Program-made: the position numbers and the translations under genes | In this document: piece after piece, positions 39,540-50,893 of the stretch | How the letters are laid out: every line of letters starts with the position of its first letter | Position numbering within the stretch: position 1 is the first letter of the stretch | The notes under the pieces: model-generated | Told to the model about the DNA's origin: nothing | The model's input: only the letters and a program-made list of their open reading frames with translations | The model's database searches: none | Assembly: GCF_053078305.1 (NCBI RefSeq) | Contig: NZ_CP166879.1 | Reading direction: 5' to 3' (one strand) | DNA: 64,000 nucleotides

Positions 39540-39681
39540 AGAAAGTTATCCTGAAAATGGTTCACTGAAAACCTACGACGTTATGGCTGTATTTACATAT
39601 AATTAATCAGTATTTACATCGATATAATAAATGACATCTCTTTGTGGTATATAAGAATAGTTCTCTGTGACAGGAAGCAGA

Positions 39682-39699
39682 TTCCTACAACTGTAAGAT
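39682..39699. promoter_or_regulatory. EvgA-box-like 18-bp inverted repeat upstream of yfdX
   Basis: TTCCTACAacTGTAAGAT versus reported EvgA box TTCYTACA-N2-TGTARGAA; about 135 bp upstream of yfdX. Confidence 0.5.
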
Positions 39700-39834
39700 T
39701 AAAATACTTCTTGCGATAATAACTACAAGTGTAAGATAACCCTTTCAAAATGACCGTTGCTCTCTGATTTCTCATTTCATGCTCACCCAATATGATGGCG
39801 GCGTTTTCTAAAACTGTTAAAGAATGAGGTAAGT

Positions 39835-40467
39835 ATGAAACGTTTAATTATGGCTACGATGGTCACAGCTATTCTGGCATCTTCAACTGTATGGGCTGCT
39901 GATAATGCACCGGTAGCGGCACAACAGCAAACTCAGCAAGTTCAGCAAACCCAGAAAACGGCAGCAGCAGAGCGTATCTCTGAACAAGGTTTATATGCGA
40001 TGCGTGACGTGCAGGTAGCGCGCCTGGCTCTGTTTCATGGCGATCCGGAAAAGGCAAAAGAACTGACCAATGAAGCTTCCGCTTTGTTGTCAGATGACAG
40101 TACCGAATGGGCAAAGTTCGCTAAGCCAGGTAAAAAGACCAATCTCAATGATGACCAATATATTGTCATTAATGCATCTGTCGGAATTTCTGAGAGTTAT
40201 GTAGCGACACCCGAAAAAGAAGCCGCGATAAAAATTGCCAATGAAAAAATGGCGAAAGGGGATAAAAAGGGCGCAATGGAAGAGCTTCGCCTGGCCGGTG
40301 TTGGTGTAATGGAAAACCAATATCTGATGCCGCTTAAACAGACTCGTAATGCACTTGCTGATGCGCAGAAACTGCTTGATAAAAAGCAATACTACGAGGC
40401 AAACCTGGCGCTTAAAGGTGCGGAAGATGGAATCATCGTCGATAGCGAAGCACTGTTTGTGAACTAA
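39835..40467 (+). CDS. yfdX: periplasmic YfdX-family protein
   Basis: 210 aa with signal peptide [21 protein letters not shown]; first gene of the EvgA-regulated acid-resistance cluster. Confidence 0.85.
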   Translation: MKRLIMATMVTAILASSTVWAADNAPVAAQQQTQQVQQTQKTAAAERISEQGLYAMRDVQVARLALFHGDPEKAKELTNEASALLSDDSTEWAKFAKPGKKTNLNDDQYIVINASVGISESYVATPEKEAAIKIANEKMAKGDKKGAMEELRLAGVGVMENQYLMPLKQTRNALADAQKLLDKKQYYEANLALKGAEDGIIVDSEALFVN

Positions 40468-40710
40468 TGCTGACAGGCAGTATATTGAGGTAAAGGATTT
40501 AACTCCCTCCAGCCGACAATTTTTTATGACCACAATACGACAGGTTGTGGTCATAAAATTATTTGGCGCTCGCTGTTCTATAAACTCGCATTTTATATTC
40601 CTCAAAGTAAACCGCAATAATCCCGTGTCATCACAAATTATTTAATATGTTATATTTTATGGTACGCTTTAAAAAGCGTAATCATACCCTTACTTGTAAA
40701 TCACCGGCGC

Positions 40711-40728
40711 TTCTTACAGTTGTAAGAA
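40711..40728. promoter_or_regulatory. EvgA box (perfect 18-bp inverted repeat) upstream of frc
   Basis: TTCTTACAgtTGTAAGAA, perfect palindrome matching EvgA consensus, about 250 bp upstream of frc. Confidence 0.55.
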
Positions 40729-40978
40729 TAACATCACAAATGTCGCGACTCTCTCTGATTACCACGAACCAATATTTATCATATTCTTCTTTTCGTCCTC
40801 ACTACTTACCATGCAGAAAGGAATTGGAAGTAGCGATGAAATGATTTTCAGTACTTGATACAGGAATGTAAAAATATCGAGTGCCGCTACGACGATATTT
40901 TGCGGATTATTTATAGAGGCGTTACGCCTTAAATAAACGCTAAATTAACACATATTTAATTAACTAATAGGTATTGCT

Positions 40979-42229
40979 ATGTCAACTCCACTTCAAGGAA
41001 TTAAAGTTCTCGATTTCACCGGTGTGCAATCTGGCCCATCTTGTACTCAAATGCTGGCCTGGTTTGGCGCTGACGTCATTAAAATTGAACGCCCCGGCGT
41101 TGGTGACGTAACGCGTCACCAGCTGCGAGATATTCCTGATATCGATGCGCTTTACTTCACCATGCTTAACAGTAACAAACGTTCTATTGAGTTAAATACC
41201 AAAACAGCGGAAGGCAAAGAGGTAATGGAAAAGCTGATCCGCGAAGCTGATATCTTAGTCGAGAACTTTCATCCAGGGGCCATTGATCACATGGGTTTCA
41301 CCTGGGAGCATATTCAAGAAATCAATCCACGTCTGATTTTTGGTTCGATCAAAGGGTTTGATGAGTGTTCGCCTTATGTGAATGTAAAAGCCTATGAAAA
41401 CGTTGCTCAGGCAGCGGGTGGCGCGGCATCCACTACGGGTTTTTGGGACGGTCCGCCGCTGGTAAGCGCTGCAGCGTTGGGTGACAGCAACACCGGAATG
41501 CATTTACTGATCGGTTTACTTGCTGCTTTGCTGCATCGCGAAAAAACGGGGCGTGGGCAACGAGTCACCATGTCAATGCAGGATGCCGTATTGAACCTTT
41601 GCCGCGTGAAATTACGCGACCAGCAGCGTCTCGATAAATTGGGTTATCTGGAAGAATACCCGCAGTATCCGAATGGCACATTTGGTGATGCAGTTCCCCG
41701 CGGAGGTAATGCGGGTGGTGGCGGTCAGCCTGGCTGGATCCTGAAATGTAAAGGTTGGGAAACCGATCCTAACGCCTATATTTATTTCACTATTCAGGAG
41801 CAAAACTGGGAAAACACCTGTAAAGCCATCGGCAAACCAGATTGGATTACCGATCCGGCATACAGTACAGCCCATGCCCGACAGCCACATATTTTCGATA
41901 TTTTTGCTGAAATCGAAAAATACACTGTCACTATTGATAAACATGAAGCGGTGGCCTATTTGACTCAATTTGATATTCCTTGTGCACCGGTTTTAAGTAT
42001 GAAAGAAATTTCACTTGATCCCTCTTTACGCCAAAGTGGCAGTGTTGTCGAAGTGGAACAACCGTTGCGTGGAAAATATCTGACAGTTGGTTGTCCAATG
42101 AAATTCTCTGCCTTTACGCCAGATATTAAAGCTGCGCCGCTATTAGGTGAACATACCGCTGCTGTATTGCAGGAGCTGGGTTATAGCGACGATGAAATTG
42201 CTGCAATGAAGCAAAACCACGCCATCTGA
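40979..42229 (+). CDS. frc: formyl-CoA:oxalate CoA-transferase
   Basis: 416 aa CoA-transferase family III (CaiB/BaiF) [43 protein letters not shown]. Confidence 0.9.
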   Translation: MSTPLQGIKVLDFTGVQSGPSCTQMLAWFGADVIKIERPGVGDVTRHQLRDIPDIDALYFTMLNSNKRSIELNTKTAEGKEVMEKLIREADILVENFHPGAIDHMGFTWEHIQEINPRLIFGSIKGFDECSPYVNVKAYENVAQAAGGAASTTGFWDGPPLVSAAALGDSNTGMHLLIGLLAALLHREKTGRGQRVTMSMQDAVLNLCRVKLRDQQRLDKLGYLEEYPQYPNGTFGDAVPRGGNAGGGGQPGWILKCKGWETDPNAYIYFTIQEQNWENTCKAIGKPDWITDPAYSTAHARQPHIFDIFAEIEKYTVTIDKHEAVAYLTQFDIPCAPVLSMKEISLDPSLRQSGSVVEVEQPLRGKYLTVGCPMKFSAFTPDIKAAPLLGEHTAAVLQELGYSDDEIAAMKQNHAI

Positions 42230-42282
42230 TATTAACGGGGGCTTCTGGCTCCCAATTTATAAAAATTTCGAGGTTATTAATC

Positions 42283-43977
42283 ATGTCAGATCAACTTCAA
42301 ATGACAGATGGTATGCATATCATCGTTGAAGCATTAAAACAGAATAATATTGACACTATTTATGGTGTTGTAGGTATTCCTGTGACGGATATGGCGCGCC
42401 ATGCCCAGGCGGAAGGCATTCGTTATATTGGTTTTCGTCATGAGCAGTCGGCAGGCTATGCCGCTGCGGCAAGCGGTTTTCTTACCCAAAAACCGGGGAT
42501 CTGCCTGACAGTGTCTGCGCCAGGATTCCTCAATGGTTTGACCGCATTGGCCAACGCAACGGTAAATGGTTTTCCGATGATCATGATTAGCGGCTCCAGC
42601 GACCGCGCGATCGTTGACCTACAGCAAGGTGATTATGAAGAGCTGGACCAAATGAATGCGGCAAAACCGTATGCCAAAGCAGCATTTCGCGTTAATCAGC
42701 CGCAGGATCTTGGCATTGCATTGGCACGCGCTATCCGGGTCTCCGTATCGGGTCGCCCTGGCGGAGTTTATCTTGATTTGCCAGCAAATGTCCTGGCCGC
42801 GACGATGGAAAAAGACGAAGCGTTAACCACGATTGTAAAAGTTGAAAATCCGTCGCCAGCATTATTGCCATGCCCGAAGTCAGTCACTAGCGCAATTTCG
42901 CTTTTAGCAAAAGCTGAACGGCCATTAATTATCCTTGGCAAAGGCGCGGCGTATTCACAAGCTGACGAACAGCTTCGTGAATTTATTGAAAGTGCCCAGA
43001 TTCCATTCCTGCCAATGTCTATGGCGAAAGGGATCCTCGAAGATACGCATCCACTTTCTGCGGCAGCTGCGCGTTCGTTTGCCCTGGCAAATGCTGACGT
43101 TGTCATGCTTGTTGGTGCACGACTGAATTGGTTACTGGCACACGGTAAAAAAGGATGGGCGGCAGATACACAGTTTATTCAACTGGATATTGAACCGCAG
43201 GAAATTGACAGCAACCGCCCCATTGCTGTGCCAGTCGTTGGCGATATTGCATCCAGTATGCAAGGTATGCTGGCAGAACTGAAACAAAACACATTTACGA
43301 CTCCACTGGTATGGCGCGATATTTTAAATATCCACAAGCAGCAAAATGCACAAAAAATGCATGAAAAATTAAGTACAGATACCCAACCATTAAATTACTT
43401 TAATGCATTAAGTGCTGTGCGCGATGTATTGCGTGAGAACCAGGATATTTATTTAGTTAATGAAGGTGCAAATACCCTGGATAATGCACGAAATATTATT
43501 GATATGTATAAACCACGTCGTCGTCTGGATTGTGGTACCTGGGGTGTCATGGGCATCGGTATGGGCTATGCCATCGGTGCTAGCGTGACCTCTGGTTCTC
43601 CGGTTGTCGCCATTGAAGGTGATAGTGCTTTTGGTTTCAGTGGGATGGAGATTGAAACGATTTGTCGATATAACCTGCCGGTGACGATCGTTATTTTTAA
43701 TAATGGCGGCATCTACAGAGGAGACGGTGTTGATCTCAGTGGCGCTGGTGCACCATCACCAACAGATCTGTTGCACCATGCAAGGTATGACAAATTAATG
43801 GATGCGTTTCGTGGCGTTGGCTATAACGTCACCACGACAGATGAACTTCGTCATGCTTTAACCACCGGTATTCAGTCGCGCAAACCGACCATTATTAATG
43901 TGGTCATCGACCCTGCAGCAGGAACTGAAAGTGGCCATATTACCAAACTTAACCCAAAACAAGTCGCTGGTAATTAA
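42283..43977 (+). CDS. oxc: oxalyl-CoA decarboxylase (ThDP-dependent)
   Basis: 564 aa; TPP-binding motif GDSAFGFSGMEIETICRYNLPVTIVIFNNGG. Confidence 0.9.
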   Translation: MSDQLQMTDGMHIIVEALKQNNIDTIYGVVGIPVTDMARHAQAEGIRYIGFRHEQSAGYAAAASGFLTQKPGICLTVSAPGFLNGLTALANATVNGFPMIMISGSSDRAIVDLQQGDYEELDQMNAAKPYAKAAFRVNQPQDLGIALARAIRVSVSGRPGGVYLDLPANVLAATMEKDEALTTIVKVENPSPALLPCPKSVTSAISLLAKAERPLIILGKGAAYSQADEQLREFIESAQIPFLPMSMAKGILEDTHPLSAAAARSFALANADVVMLVGARLNWLLAHGKKGWAADTQFIQLDIEPQEIDSNRPIAVPVVGDIASSMQGMLAELKQNTFTTPLVWRDILNIHKQQNAQKMHEKLSTDTQPLNYFNALSAVRDVLRENQDIYLVNEGANTLDNARNIIDMYKPRRRLDCGTWGVMGIGMGYAIGASVTSGSPVVAIEGDSAFGFSGMEIETICRYNLPVTIVIFNNGGIYRGDGVDLSGAGAPSPTDLLHHARYDKLMDAFRGVGYNVTTTDELRHALTTGIQSRKPTIINVVIDPAAGTESGHITKLNPKQVAGN

Positions 43978-44046
43978 ATACTGACATCGTCTCCTCTTGC
44001 CAACTCATTATGCGATGGTGAGGGGACCCTTATCGGAAATACTATT

Positions 44047-44991
44047 ATGCTAACATTTTTTATTGGCGATTTATTGCCTATTATCGTAATCATGCTGTTG
44101 GGTTATTTTAGCGGCAGACGAGAAACTTTTTCAGAAGATCAAGCTCGGGCATTTAATAAACTGGTATTAAACTACGCTCTTCCTGCGGCTCTATTTGTAT
44201 CTATTACCCGGGCAAACAGGGAAATGATTTTTGCGGACACTCGTCTGACCCTTGTATCACTTGTGGTTATTGTCGGATGTTTCTTTTTCTCCTGGTTTGG
44301 TTGCTACAAATTTTTTAAACGTACCCATGCAGAAGCAGCTGTATGTGCATTAATTGCAGGTTCACCTACCATTGGATTCCTGGGGTTTGCAGTTCTCGAT
44401 CCTATTTATGGTGATTCCGTATCAACAGGTTTAGTGGTAGCAATTATTTCTATTATTGTTAACGCAATTACTATTCCTATTGGTCTGTATTTGCTGAATC
44501 CTTCCTCAGGAGCGGATGGTAAGAAGAATAGTAATCTGAGCGCATTAATTTCTGCGGCAAAGGAGCCAGTTGTATGGGCACCTGTTCTGGCAACGATCCT
44601 GGTGTTGGTTGGGGTAAAAATTCCGGCAGCATGGGACCCAACCTTTAATCTGATTGCGAAGGCTAACTCAGGGGTAGCGGTATTCGCTGCGGGGTTGACT
44701 CTGGCTGCACATAAATTCGAGTTCAGTGCCGAAATTGCTTATAACACCTTCCTGAAGCTGATTCTGATGCCACTGGCGCTGCTTCTCGTTGGTATGGCAT
44801 GTCATTTGAACAGCGAACATTTGCAGATGATGGTACTGGCAGGCGCATTACCGCCGGCATTCTCCGGAATCATTATTGCCAGCCGGTTTAATGTCTACAC
44901 CCGCACTGGTACAGCGTCATTGGCTGTGAGCGTACTGGGCTTTGTCGTCACGGCTCCCTTGTGGATTTATGTCAGTCGACTGGTTTCATAA
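44047..44991 (+). CDS. yfdV: AEC (auxin efflux carrier) family transporter
   Basis: 314 aa polytopic membrane ORF in the frc-oxc cluster. Confidence 0.85.
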
Positions 44992-45064
44992 TTAATCATG
45001 TTATTGATTTTACATAAATGCCGAAGTGTCTTTTCACCTTCGGCTTTTTTCAAGGCATAAGCAA

Positions 45065-46210
45065 ATGACAAATAATGAAAGCAAAGGGCCGTTTGAAGGC
45101 TTATTAGTTATCGATATGACACATGTCCTTAATGGACCTTTCGGAACTCAACTTCTTTGTAATATGGGCGCAAGGGTAATTAAAGTTGAGCCACCAGGTC
45201 ATGGTGATGATACCCGCACATTTGGTCCCTATGTGGATGGACAGTCACTCTATTACAGTTTTATTAATCATGGTAAAGAGAGTGTGGTTCTTGATTTAAA
45301 GAATGATCACGATAAAAGTATATTTATAAATATGCTTAAACAAGCTGATGTATTAGCTGAGAATTTTCGCCCAGGTACAATGGAAAAACTGGGGTTTTCA
45401 TGGGAAAGGTTACAAGAAATCAACCCGCGCCTCATATATGCTTCATCGTCAGGTTTCGGACATACCGGTCCGCTAAAAGATGCTCCTGCCTACGATACCA
45501 TCATTCAGGCAATGAGCGGGATAATGATGGAAACGGGATACCCTGATGCTCCGCCAGTGCGCGTTGGCACTTCTCTTGCGGATCTATGTGGCGGTGTCTA
45601 TTTATTCAGTGGAATAGTGAGTGCACTTTATGGCCGCGAAAAGAGCCAGAGAGGGGCGCATGTCGATATAGCGATGTTTGATGCCACGCTGAGTTTTCTG
45701 GAGCACGGGCTGATGGCATATATCGCGACTGGGAAGTCACCACAACGTTTGGGAAATCGCCACCCCTACATGGCACCTTTTGATGTTTTCGATACTCAGG
45801 ATAAGCCGATTACGATTTGTTGTGGTAATGACAAGCTTTTCTCTGCGTTATGCCAGGCACTGGAGCTTACGGAACTGGTTAATGATCCCAGATTTAGCAG
45901 CAATATTTTACGCGTACAAAACCAGGCTATTCTTAAACAATATATTGAGCGGACGTTAAAAACACAGGCAGCTGAAGTTTGGTTAGCCAGAATACATGAA
46001 GTTGGTGTGCCCGTCGCGCCGTTATTAAGTGTGGCTGAGGCCATTAATTTGCCACAAACTCAGGCGAGAAATATGTTGATTGAAGCCGGGGGAATAATGA
46101 TGCCGGGTAATCCGATAAAAATCAGTGGCTGCGCGGACCCGCATGTTATGCCGGGAGCGGCAACGCTCGACCAGCATGGGGAACAAATTCGCCAGGAGTT
46201 CTCATCATAA
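45065..46210 (+). CDS. yfdE: acetyl-CoA:oxalate CoA-transferase (family III CoA-transferase)
   Basis: Start placed at MTNNESKGPFEGLLVIDMTHVLNGPFGTQ (381 aa), paralogous to frc; track ORF has 13-codon extension. Confidence 0.85.
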   Translation: MTNNESKGPFEGLLVIDMTHVLNGPFGTQLLCNMGARVIKVEPPGHGDDTRTFGPYVDGQSLYYSFINHGKESVVLDLKNDHDKSIFINMLKQADVLAENFRPGTMEKLGFSWERLQEINPRLIYASSSGFGHTGPLKDAPAYDTIIQAMSGIMMETGYPDAPPVRVGTSLADLCGGVYLFSGIVSALYGREKSQRGAHVDIAMFDATLSFLEHGLMAYIATGKSPQRLGNRHPYMAPFDVFDTQDKPITICCGNDKLFSALCQALELTELVNDPRFSSNILRVQNQAILKQYIERTLKTQAAEVWLARIHEVGVPVAPLLSVAEAINLPQTQARNMLIEAGGIMMPGNPIKISGCADPHVMPGAATLDQHGEQIRQEFSS

Positions 46211-46232
46211 ATGTAAGATGTGCTGGTAAATA

Positions 46233-46259
46233 GCTCCCACATTTGAACATTGTGGGAGC
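46233..46259. terminator. hairpin between convergent yfdE and evgS
   Basis: GCTCCCACAtttgaacatTGTGGGAGC, 9-bp perfect stem. Confidence 0.5.
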
Positions 46260-46265
46260 CGCTAT

Positions 46266-49200
46266 TTAGTCATTTTGTTGACAGAAAACAGCAATCTCCT
46301 GGTCCAGCTCTGCAATGTGTTCTTTTACAGAGTTCAGCAACTGAAGAATTTCAGGTTTACTGTCATCTGAAACAGGTGTTATTTCTAACTGATGGCTAAT
46401 ATTAATCAACTTTTGCAAATTCAGGATGTTAGCCGCACCGTGGATGCGATGAATACATTGATGGAAAGTTCTGTTATCGCCAGCTTCTAGTGCATGAAAC
46501 GCAGCGGGTAGATCTTTATGGGTTTCATGCTGGAAAGTCATGAGAATCTCCTGCATCAGTTGTAGATCGTTCGCCGTATTATTTTTCAGGGCTTCGATAT
46601 CAAGGTGGCGATACTGAGGTGCAATATGCACAACCTGGTGTAACTGACTTAAATGTGTTTTCAGTACATCCAGGGTCAACGGTTTGAACAAACATAAGTT
46701 CATGCCGCAATTTAACCCTTTTTCACGTTCGTTAGCCTGTGCGTTGGCTGTAAGCCCCCAGATGGGTAAGGACGAATTTTGCTCACGGAGTTTGCGAGTC
46801 AACTCAAAACCATCCATATTCGGCATATTAACGTCAGTAATAAGCAGATCATAATGTTGCATACTGACTTTGTGTAACGCTTGCACACCATCAGTGGCTT
46901 CGTCAACATCATATCCTAATAGATTTAGCTGGCGTTTGAGTAATAGCCTGTTGGTCGGATGATCATCCGCGATTAATATGCTCAACTTTTCAGGTAGTGT
47001 GATAGGTTGTTCTGCTTTTGCCTCGACAGCCGCCACTTGTTGGGTAATTTCTACCGGGATTGTGATCGTAAATGTTGTTCCTATGCCTGGATGACTTTCT
47101 AATGACAAATCACCCTGCATGTTTTTAATTAATTCTTTGCAGATCATTAAGCCTAAACCAGAACCTGTTTGCTGACGACCTGCACTTGTTTGGCTATAAC
47201 GTTTAAACAGTTGTTGTTGTTCTTCCTGTGATAATCCACTTCCAGAATCCATAATCGTCATTTTGATTACAGCGTGGTTGTCATCAATGTGAACCAGGGA
47301 GGTCGTAATTTTTACTGCCCCCTCGGTGGTAAATTTGAGAGCATTGCTCAGTAAATTAGATAAGACCTGCTTAAACGCCTGAGGGTCGATCTTAACCAGG
47401 TAATGTTCAGGAAACGTACTGCTGCAACTTAATGCGATCGATTTGCTTGCAGCAATCGCACCGAAAGAGTGACAAGTGTTCTGGACTAAAGTAGGGATAT
47501 CGACCCATTGTGGTTGAAGTTGATAGTTACCCGATTCAATTTTGTCGACATCAAGGATTTCACCAATTAAGCCGAGGAGTGATTGTCCGGTGGCGTAGGC
47601 AAGTGAAATCGCCTCCACACGTTGCTCCTTGCTAAGACCAGAACCCGACAGAAGTTCCAGGAAGCCCATAATGGAGCTAATTGGTGTTCTTATTTCGTGA
47701 CTCATTGTTGCCAGAAACTGGCTTTTTGCGACAGTTGCATTGATCGCTTTATTTCTCTCTACTTCGAGTGCATGAATTAAATCACGCGTCTCGGTAATAT
47801 CTTGCCAACCACAAATATAAACAGCATGATCGCTGGCTGGCAGATTGCATAATGTATGCCAGTGATTAATGCATCTTTTCTCGATGCCATTATCAATTTC
47901 AAATACCTGTGTGTATATTGTTCGATTTTCTTTCGTTTCTGCTGTGACTTCATGCGCATTAGAAAAAACATCTTTAAAGGGGGAGTCACTGTTTTCTAAT
48001 GGTAACATTGCATTTTTGTAGTAATCCGCAGTGAAATAATGTTCAAAAGCACTATTATGACTAATGACATTACCTTGCCAGTTTACAACATAAGTTGGAT
48101 TCGGTAAGGAATCCGAGAGTGCTTTCCGGAATGATATTTGGTTTTCTAAATCACCCTGAATGACTTTACGACGACGAACTGAGCGTAACAGGTAGAATCC
48201 CCATAAAAGGCTACTGCCAACTAATAAAACGGATAATGTCGTAACAATATAAAATTGCTCGCTATAGAGGTCCCATGTGTCAATGGTCACATTGGGCATT
48301 TTAATCCATTTTTCGGTCAGGCGCAGAACTTCGCTTGGGGGGATTGCATTCAGTGCTTTATTAATAATATCCTTAAGTTCCGGTTCTCCGCGAGGAAAAG
48401 CGAACGAAAGCGATGCATTCGGAACGCCGGGAATAAGAAAATGATAAAGTTCATTAGGATAGTAATGGTCGATCATGTAACGTGAATTTAACTGTGTCGC
48501 GACCAGAGCATCAAGTTCGCCTTCCTTGACCTTGTGAAATGCAGCGCTGGCGTTATCGACTTTTATCCACTCTACCTCCGGATACATCTCTTTTAATTGC
48601 GAATGAAGCTCATAATAATATGGAATGGCAACTTTCATTCCTTTTTTTAATGTTTGTTCACTGTCAGGCGCTTTTTGCATGACAAAAACGTAAGGCGTTG
48701 TTATGAAGGCTTCAGCAAATAAAACATTATTTTCTCTATCTTCACTATAAATAGCACCGGGTAATATATCCCATCCGCCGGGATTCAGCTGTGTTCCAGC
48801 ATGGATATTGTGTGAAACGGTGATCGGAGAAAAATTTAAACCTGTTTGCAAGGTAATAATATTAAGAATGTCCCCCATAACGCCCCGAACCGAGCCATTT
48901 TCATCCGTCATAGAATAGGGGGGCGAGTAAGGATTTTCCAGCACCTTTAAATCGGGATGCTGCTTAATCCACTGTTTTTCATGTTCAGTGAGTTCTAATG
49001 GTTTGTTCAGAAAGGCCAGGTTTCCTGTATCAAGCCAATTTTGTGATACTTCATAGCGAACTTCATTTGTCAAAGCATCAACAAATCGATTGAGTACTTC
49101 ATTAAGAACGACAGATTCTTTTCTGGTCAAGAAAAAATTATATTGACGCGGTGAGTTATAATATTTCACTACATTTAAGGAGTGAGTGAAATAGCGGGAA

Positions 49201-49859
49201 ATCATACTGCTGGTAATGATGTTACTACCAATAAAGTAATCATTCTGTCCGGCTGAGACGGATGCTAATGCCTGATATAAATTTGTAAAAGAGATAATTG
49301 TTGCTTTTGGAAATGATTGATGAATTACCTCGTCAGGGGGATAATTTGCTACTCGAGCAATATTTACTGGTTTTGATGAGGTAAGCGGTCGCATTGAATC
49401 GTGAAGGGTGGTGACCAGCGCCGGAAAGGTAATTATCAGTGGTTTGGTTGCAGCAATGTCATCATTAAGAGGCGGCGAAGCAACTAAATGTGATAACACT
49501 ATATCGACTTCACCTTCTTCCAGCGCGTCCATTGCTTTTTGATGATCGGCGTATTCCCGGAGTGTTAATTTGATATTTAACGCTCTTTTTAAAAGATTTA
49601 AATAATCAGCATTAATACCACGAACCCGTTGCTGCGAATCGGTATGCAACAACGTAGCCGTTTGGGACTTATGTACTGCAATCACAAGATTTTTTTTGCT
49701 CGCTAACCAACGTAATTCCTTGTTGCTCAGACGTAGTGGATCAAGTGTGACACGGTTGTTACTACTGATGCCACGATATTCGATGTAATCTTCGTCTGCG
49801 AAACTTATGGTCGACCAAAGACCACAACAGAGAAGAAAAATATAGGGTAAAAACTTCAT
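46266..49859 (-). CDS. evgS: hybrid sensor histidine kinase EvgS (periplasmic Venus-flytrap domains, HisKA, receiver, HPt)
   Basis: 1197 aa; signal peptide, two PBP-like domains, TM, H-box (MSHEIRTPISSIMG), receiver (LIADDHPTNR), C-terminal HPt. Confidence 0.93.
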   Translation of the reverse strand: MKFLPYIFLLCCGLWSTISFADEDYIEYRGISSNNRVTLDPLRLSNKELRWLASKKNLVIAVHKSQTATLLHTDSQQRVRGINADYLNLLKRALNIKLTLREYADHQKAMDALEEGEVDIVLSHLVASPPLNDDIAATKPLIITFPALVTTLHDSMRPLTSSKPVNIARVANYPPDEVIHQSFPKATIISFTNLYQALASVSAGQNDYFIGSNIITSSMISRYFTHSLNVVKYYNSPRQYNFFLTRKESVVLNEVLNRFVDALTNEVRYEVSQNWLDTGNLAFLNKPLELTEHEKQWIKQHPDLKVLENPYSPPYSMTDENGSVRGVMGDILNIITLQTGLNFSPITVSHNIHAGTQLNPGGWDILPGAIYSEDRENNVLFAEAFITTPYVFVMQKAPDSEQTLKKGMKVAIPYYYELHSQLKEMYPEVEWIKVDNASAAFHKVKEGELDALVATQLNSRYMIDHYYPNELYHFLIPGVPNASLSFAFPRGEPELKDIINKALNAIPPSEVLRLTEKWIKMPNVTIDTWDLYSEQFYIVTTLSVLLVGSSLLWGFYLLRSVRRRKVIQGDLENQISFRKALSDSLPNPTYVVNWQGNVISHNSAFEHYFTADYYKNAMLPLENSDSPFKDVFSNAHEVTAETKENRTIYTQVFEIDNGIEKRCINHWHTLCNLPASDHAVYICGWQDITETRDLIHALEVERNKAINATVAKSQFLATMSHEIRTPISSIMGFLELLSGSGLSKEQRVEAISLAYATGQSLLGLIGEILDVDKIESGNYQLQPQWVDIPTLVQNTCHSFGAIAASKSIALSCSSTFPEHYLVKIDPQAFKQVLSNLLSNALKFTTEGAVKITTSLVHIDDNHAVIKMTIMDSGSGLSQEEQQQLFKRYSQTSAGRQQTGSGLGLMICKELIKNMQGDLSLESHPGIGTTFTITIPVEITQQVAAVEAKAEQPITLPEKLSILIADDHPTNRLLLKRQLNLLGYDVDEATDGVQALHKVSMQHYDLLITDVNMPNMDGFELTRKLREQNSSLPIWGLTANAQANEREKGLNCGMNLCLFKPLTLDVLKTHLSQLHQVVHIAPQYRHLDIEALKNNTANDLQLMQEILMTFQHETHKDLPAAFHALEAGDNRTFHQCIHRIHGAANILNLQKLINISHQLEITPVSDDSKPEILQLLNSVKEHIAELDQEIAVFCQQND

Positions 49860-49863
49860 GTGG

Positions 49864-50478
49864 TTAGCCGATTTTGTTACGTTGTGCGAATGTGTAAAGA
49901 TCCATCAGTGATTTACATTCTAATTTTTCCATCAGGCGACTTTTATAAGTGCTGACAGTTTTGTTGCTGATGAACATTTTTTCAGCAATGTCATTATTAT
50001 CCTTGCCATCAAGAATATAGCGCATGACACTAATTTCTTGTTTCGATAAGGAGTCGAGTTTTTGCTGGTCGGACGTTAAACTTCCAACAAACCGGTTGAG
50101 AGAGAAGGGGAAATAGCAGTAGCCATTTTTTGCAGCTTCAATAGCCGCAATGATATTGTTCATGCCTTCTTTTTTACTCACGAAACCATTAGCGCCAGCA
50201 TCAGCACAATGTTTCCCGTAAAAATGGTCATTTTTAGCGGAGACGATAATAATAATTCCGCTATATTGGCGCTTCCTCAGCGTTTCTAACACCTGGATAC
50301 CGTTAACTCCGGGGATATCGACATCAATGATGACGATATCAGGCTTAAGTGTTTCCACCCGCTGAACGGCACTTCCGCCTTCAGTCAACTCTGCTAAGAT
50401 TTCAATATCGTTTTTGATCAATAAATTACGAATTGCTGCGATAGCAAGAGGATGGTCATCAATAATTATTGCGTTCAT
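49864..50478 (-). CDS. evgA: NarL/FixJ-family response regulator EvgA
   Basis: 204 aa; receiver (MNAIIIDDHPLAIAAIRNLL) plus LuxR-type HTH. Confidence 0.93.
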   Translation of the reverse strand: MNAIIIDDHPLAIAAIRNLLIKNDIEILAELTEGGSAVQRVETLKPDIVIIDVDIPGVNGIQVLETLRKRQYSGIIIIVSAKNDHFYGKHCADAGANGFVSKKEGMNNIIAAIEAAKNGYCYFPFSLNRFVGSLTSDQQKLDSLSKQEISVMRYILDGKDNNDIAEKMFISNKTVSTYKSRLMEKLECKSLMDLYTFAQRNKIG

Positions 50479-50702
50479 AGATTATTCCCTTTGCAATGAA
50501 GCATCTCCCTTCTCCCTGTAGTAATACAGACATAAGGCATCATCTCATTTTCTCAATAAAAATAAGAAAATTTGAGCTTCCTTTAAGATAATTCGACAAG
50601 TATACCATATAAATAGTCGGCATATATGAAATGTCAACAATAAAATCAGGGATTATACCGATGATTTATAGTTTCAAGTTAGCACTATAAGTCTTCTCAC
50701 TA

Positions 50703-50720
50703 ATCCTACAGGCGTAAGAA
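50703..50720. promoter_or_regulatory. EvgA-box-like inverted repeat in evgA-emrK divergent intergenic region
   Basis: ATCCTACAggCGTAAGAA, close match to TTCYTACA-N2-TGTARGAA. Confidence 0.45.
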
Positions 50721-50893
50721 TTGTATTGCAAAAGCCACGGTTTAGTCCTCTGTTGTTTTTTTTGCACCTCATTTAAATTAGGCCTCCAACGTTCCTGGGA
50801 TAATGTGCAACACATGCACTGTGTTTGATATGAAGAATGAATACTCTTTTCATTCAATTCATAAATTTCATCTATGCGAAATGAGAGATAATA

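Noticed and set aside
40090-40617. 175-aa minus-strand ORF
   Set aside because: Antisense to yfdX and extending into an AT-rich intergenic region; hydrophobic, low-complexity translation.
40647-40844. 65-aa ORF in the yfdX-frc intergenic region
   Set aside because: AT-rich promoter region containing the EvgA box; no RBS and composition unlike coding sequence.
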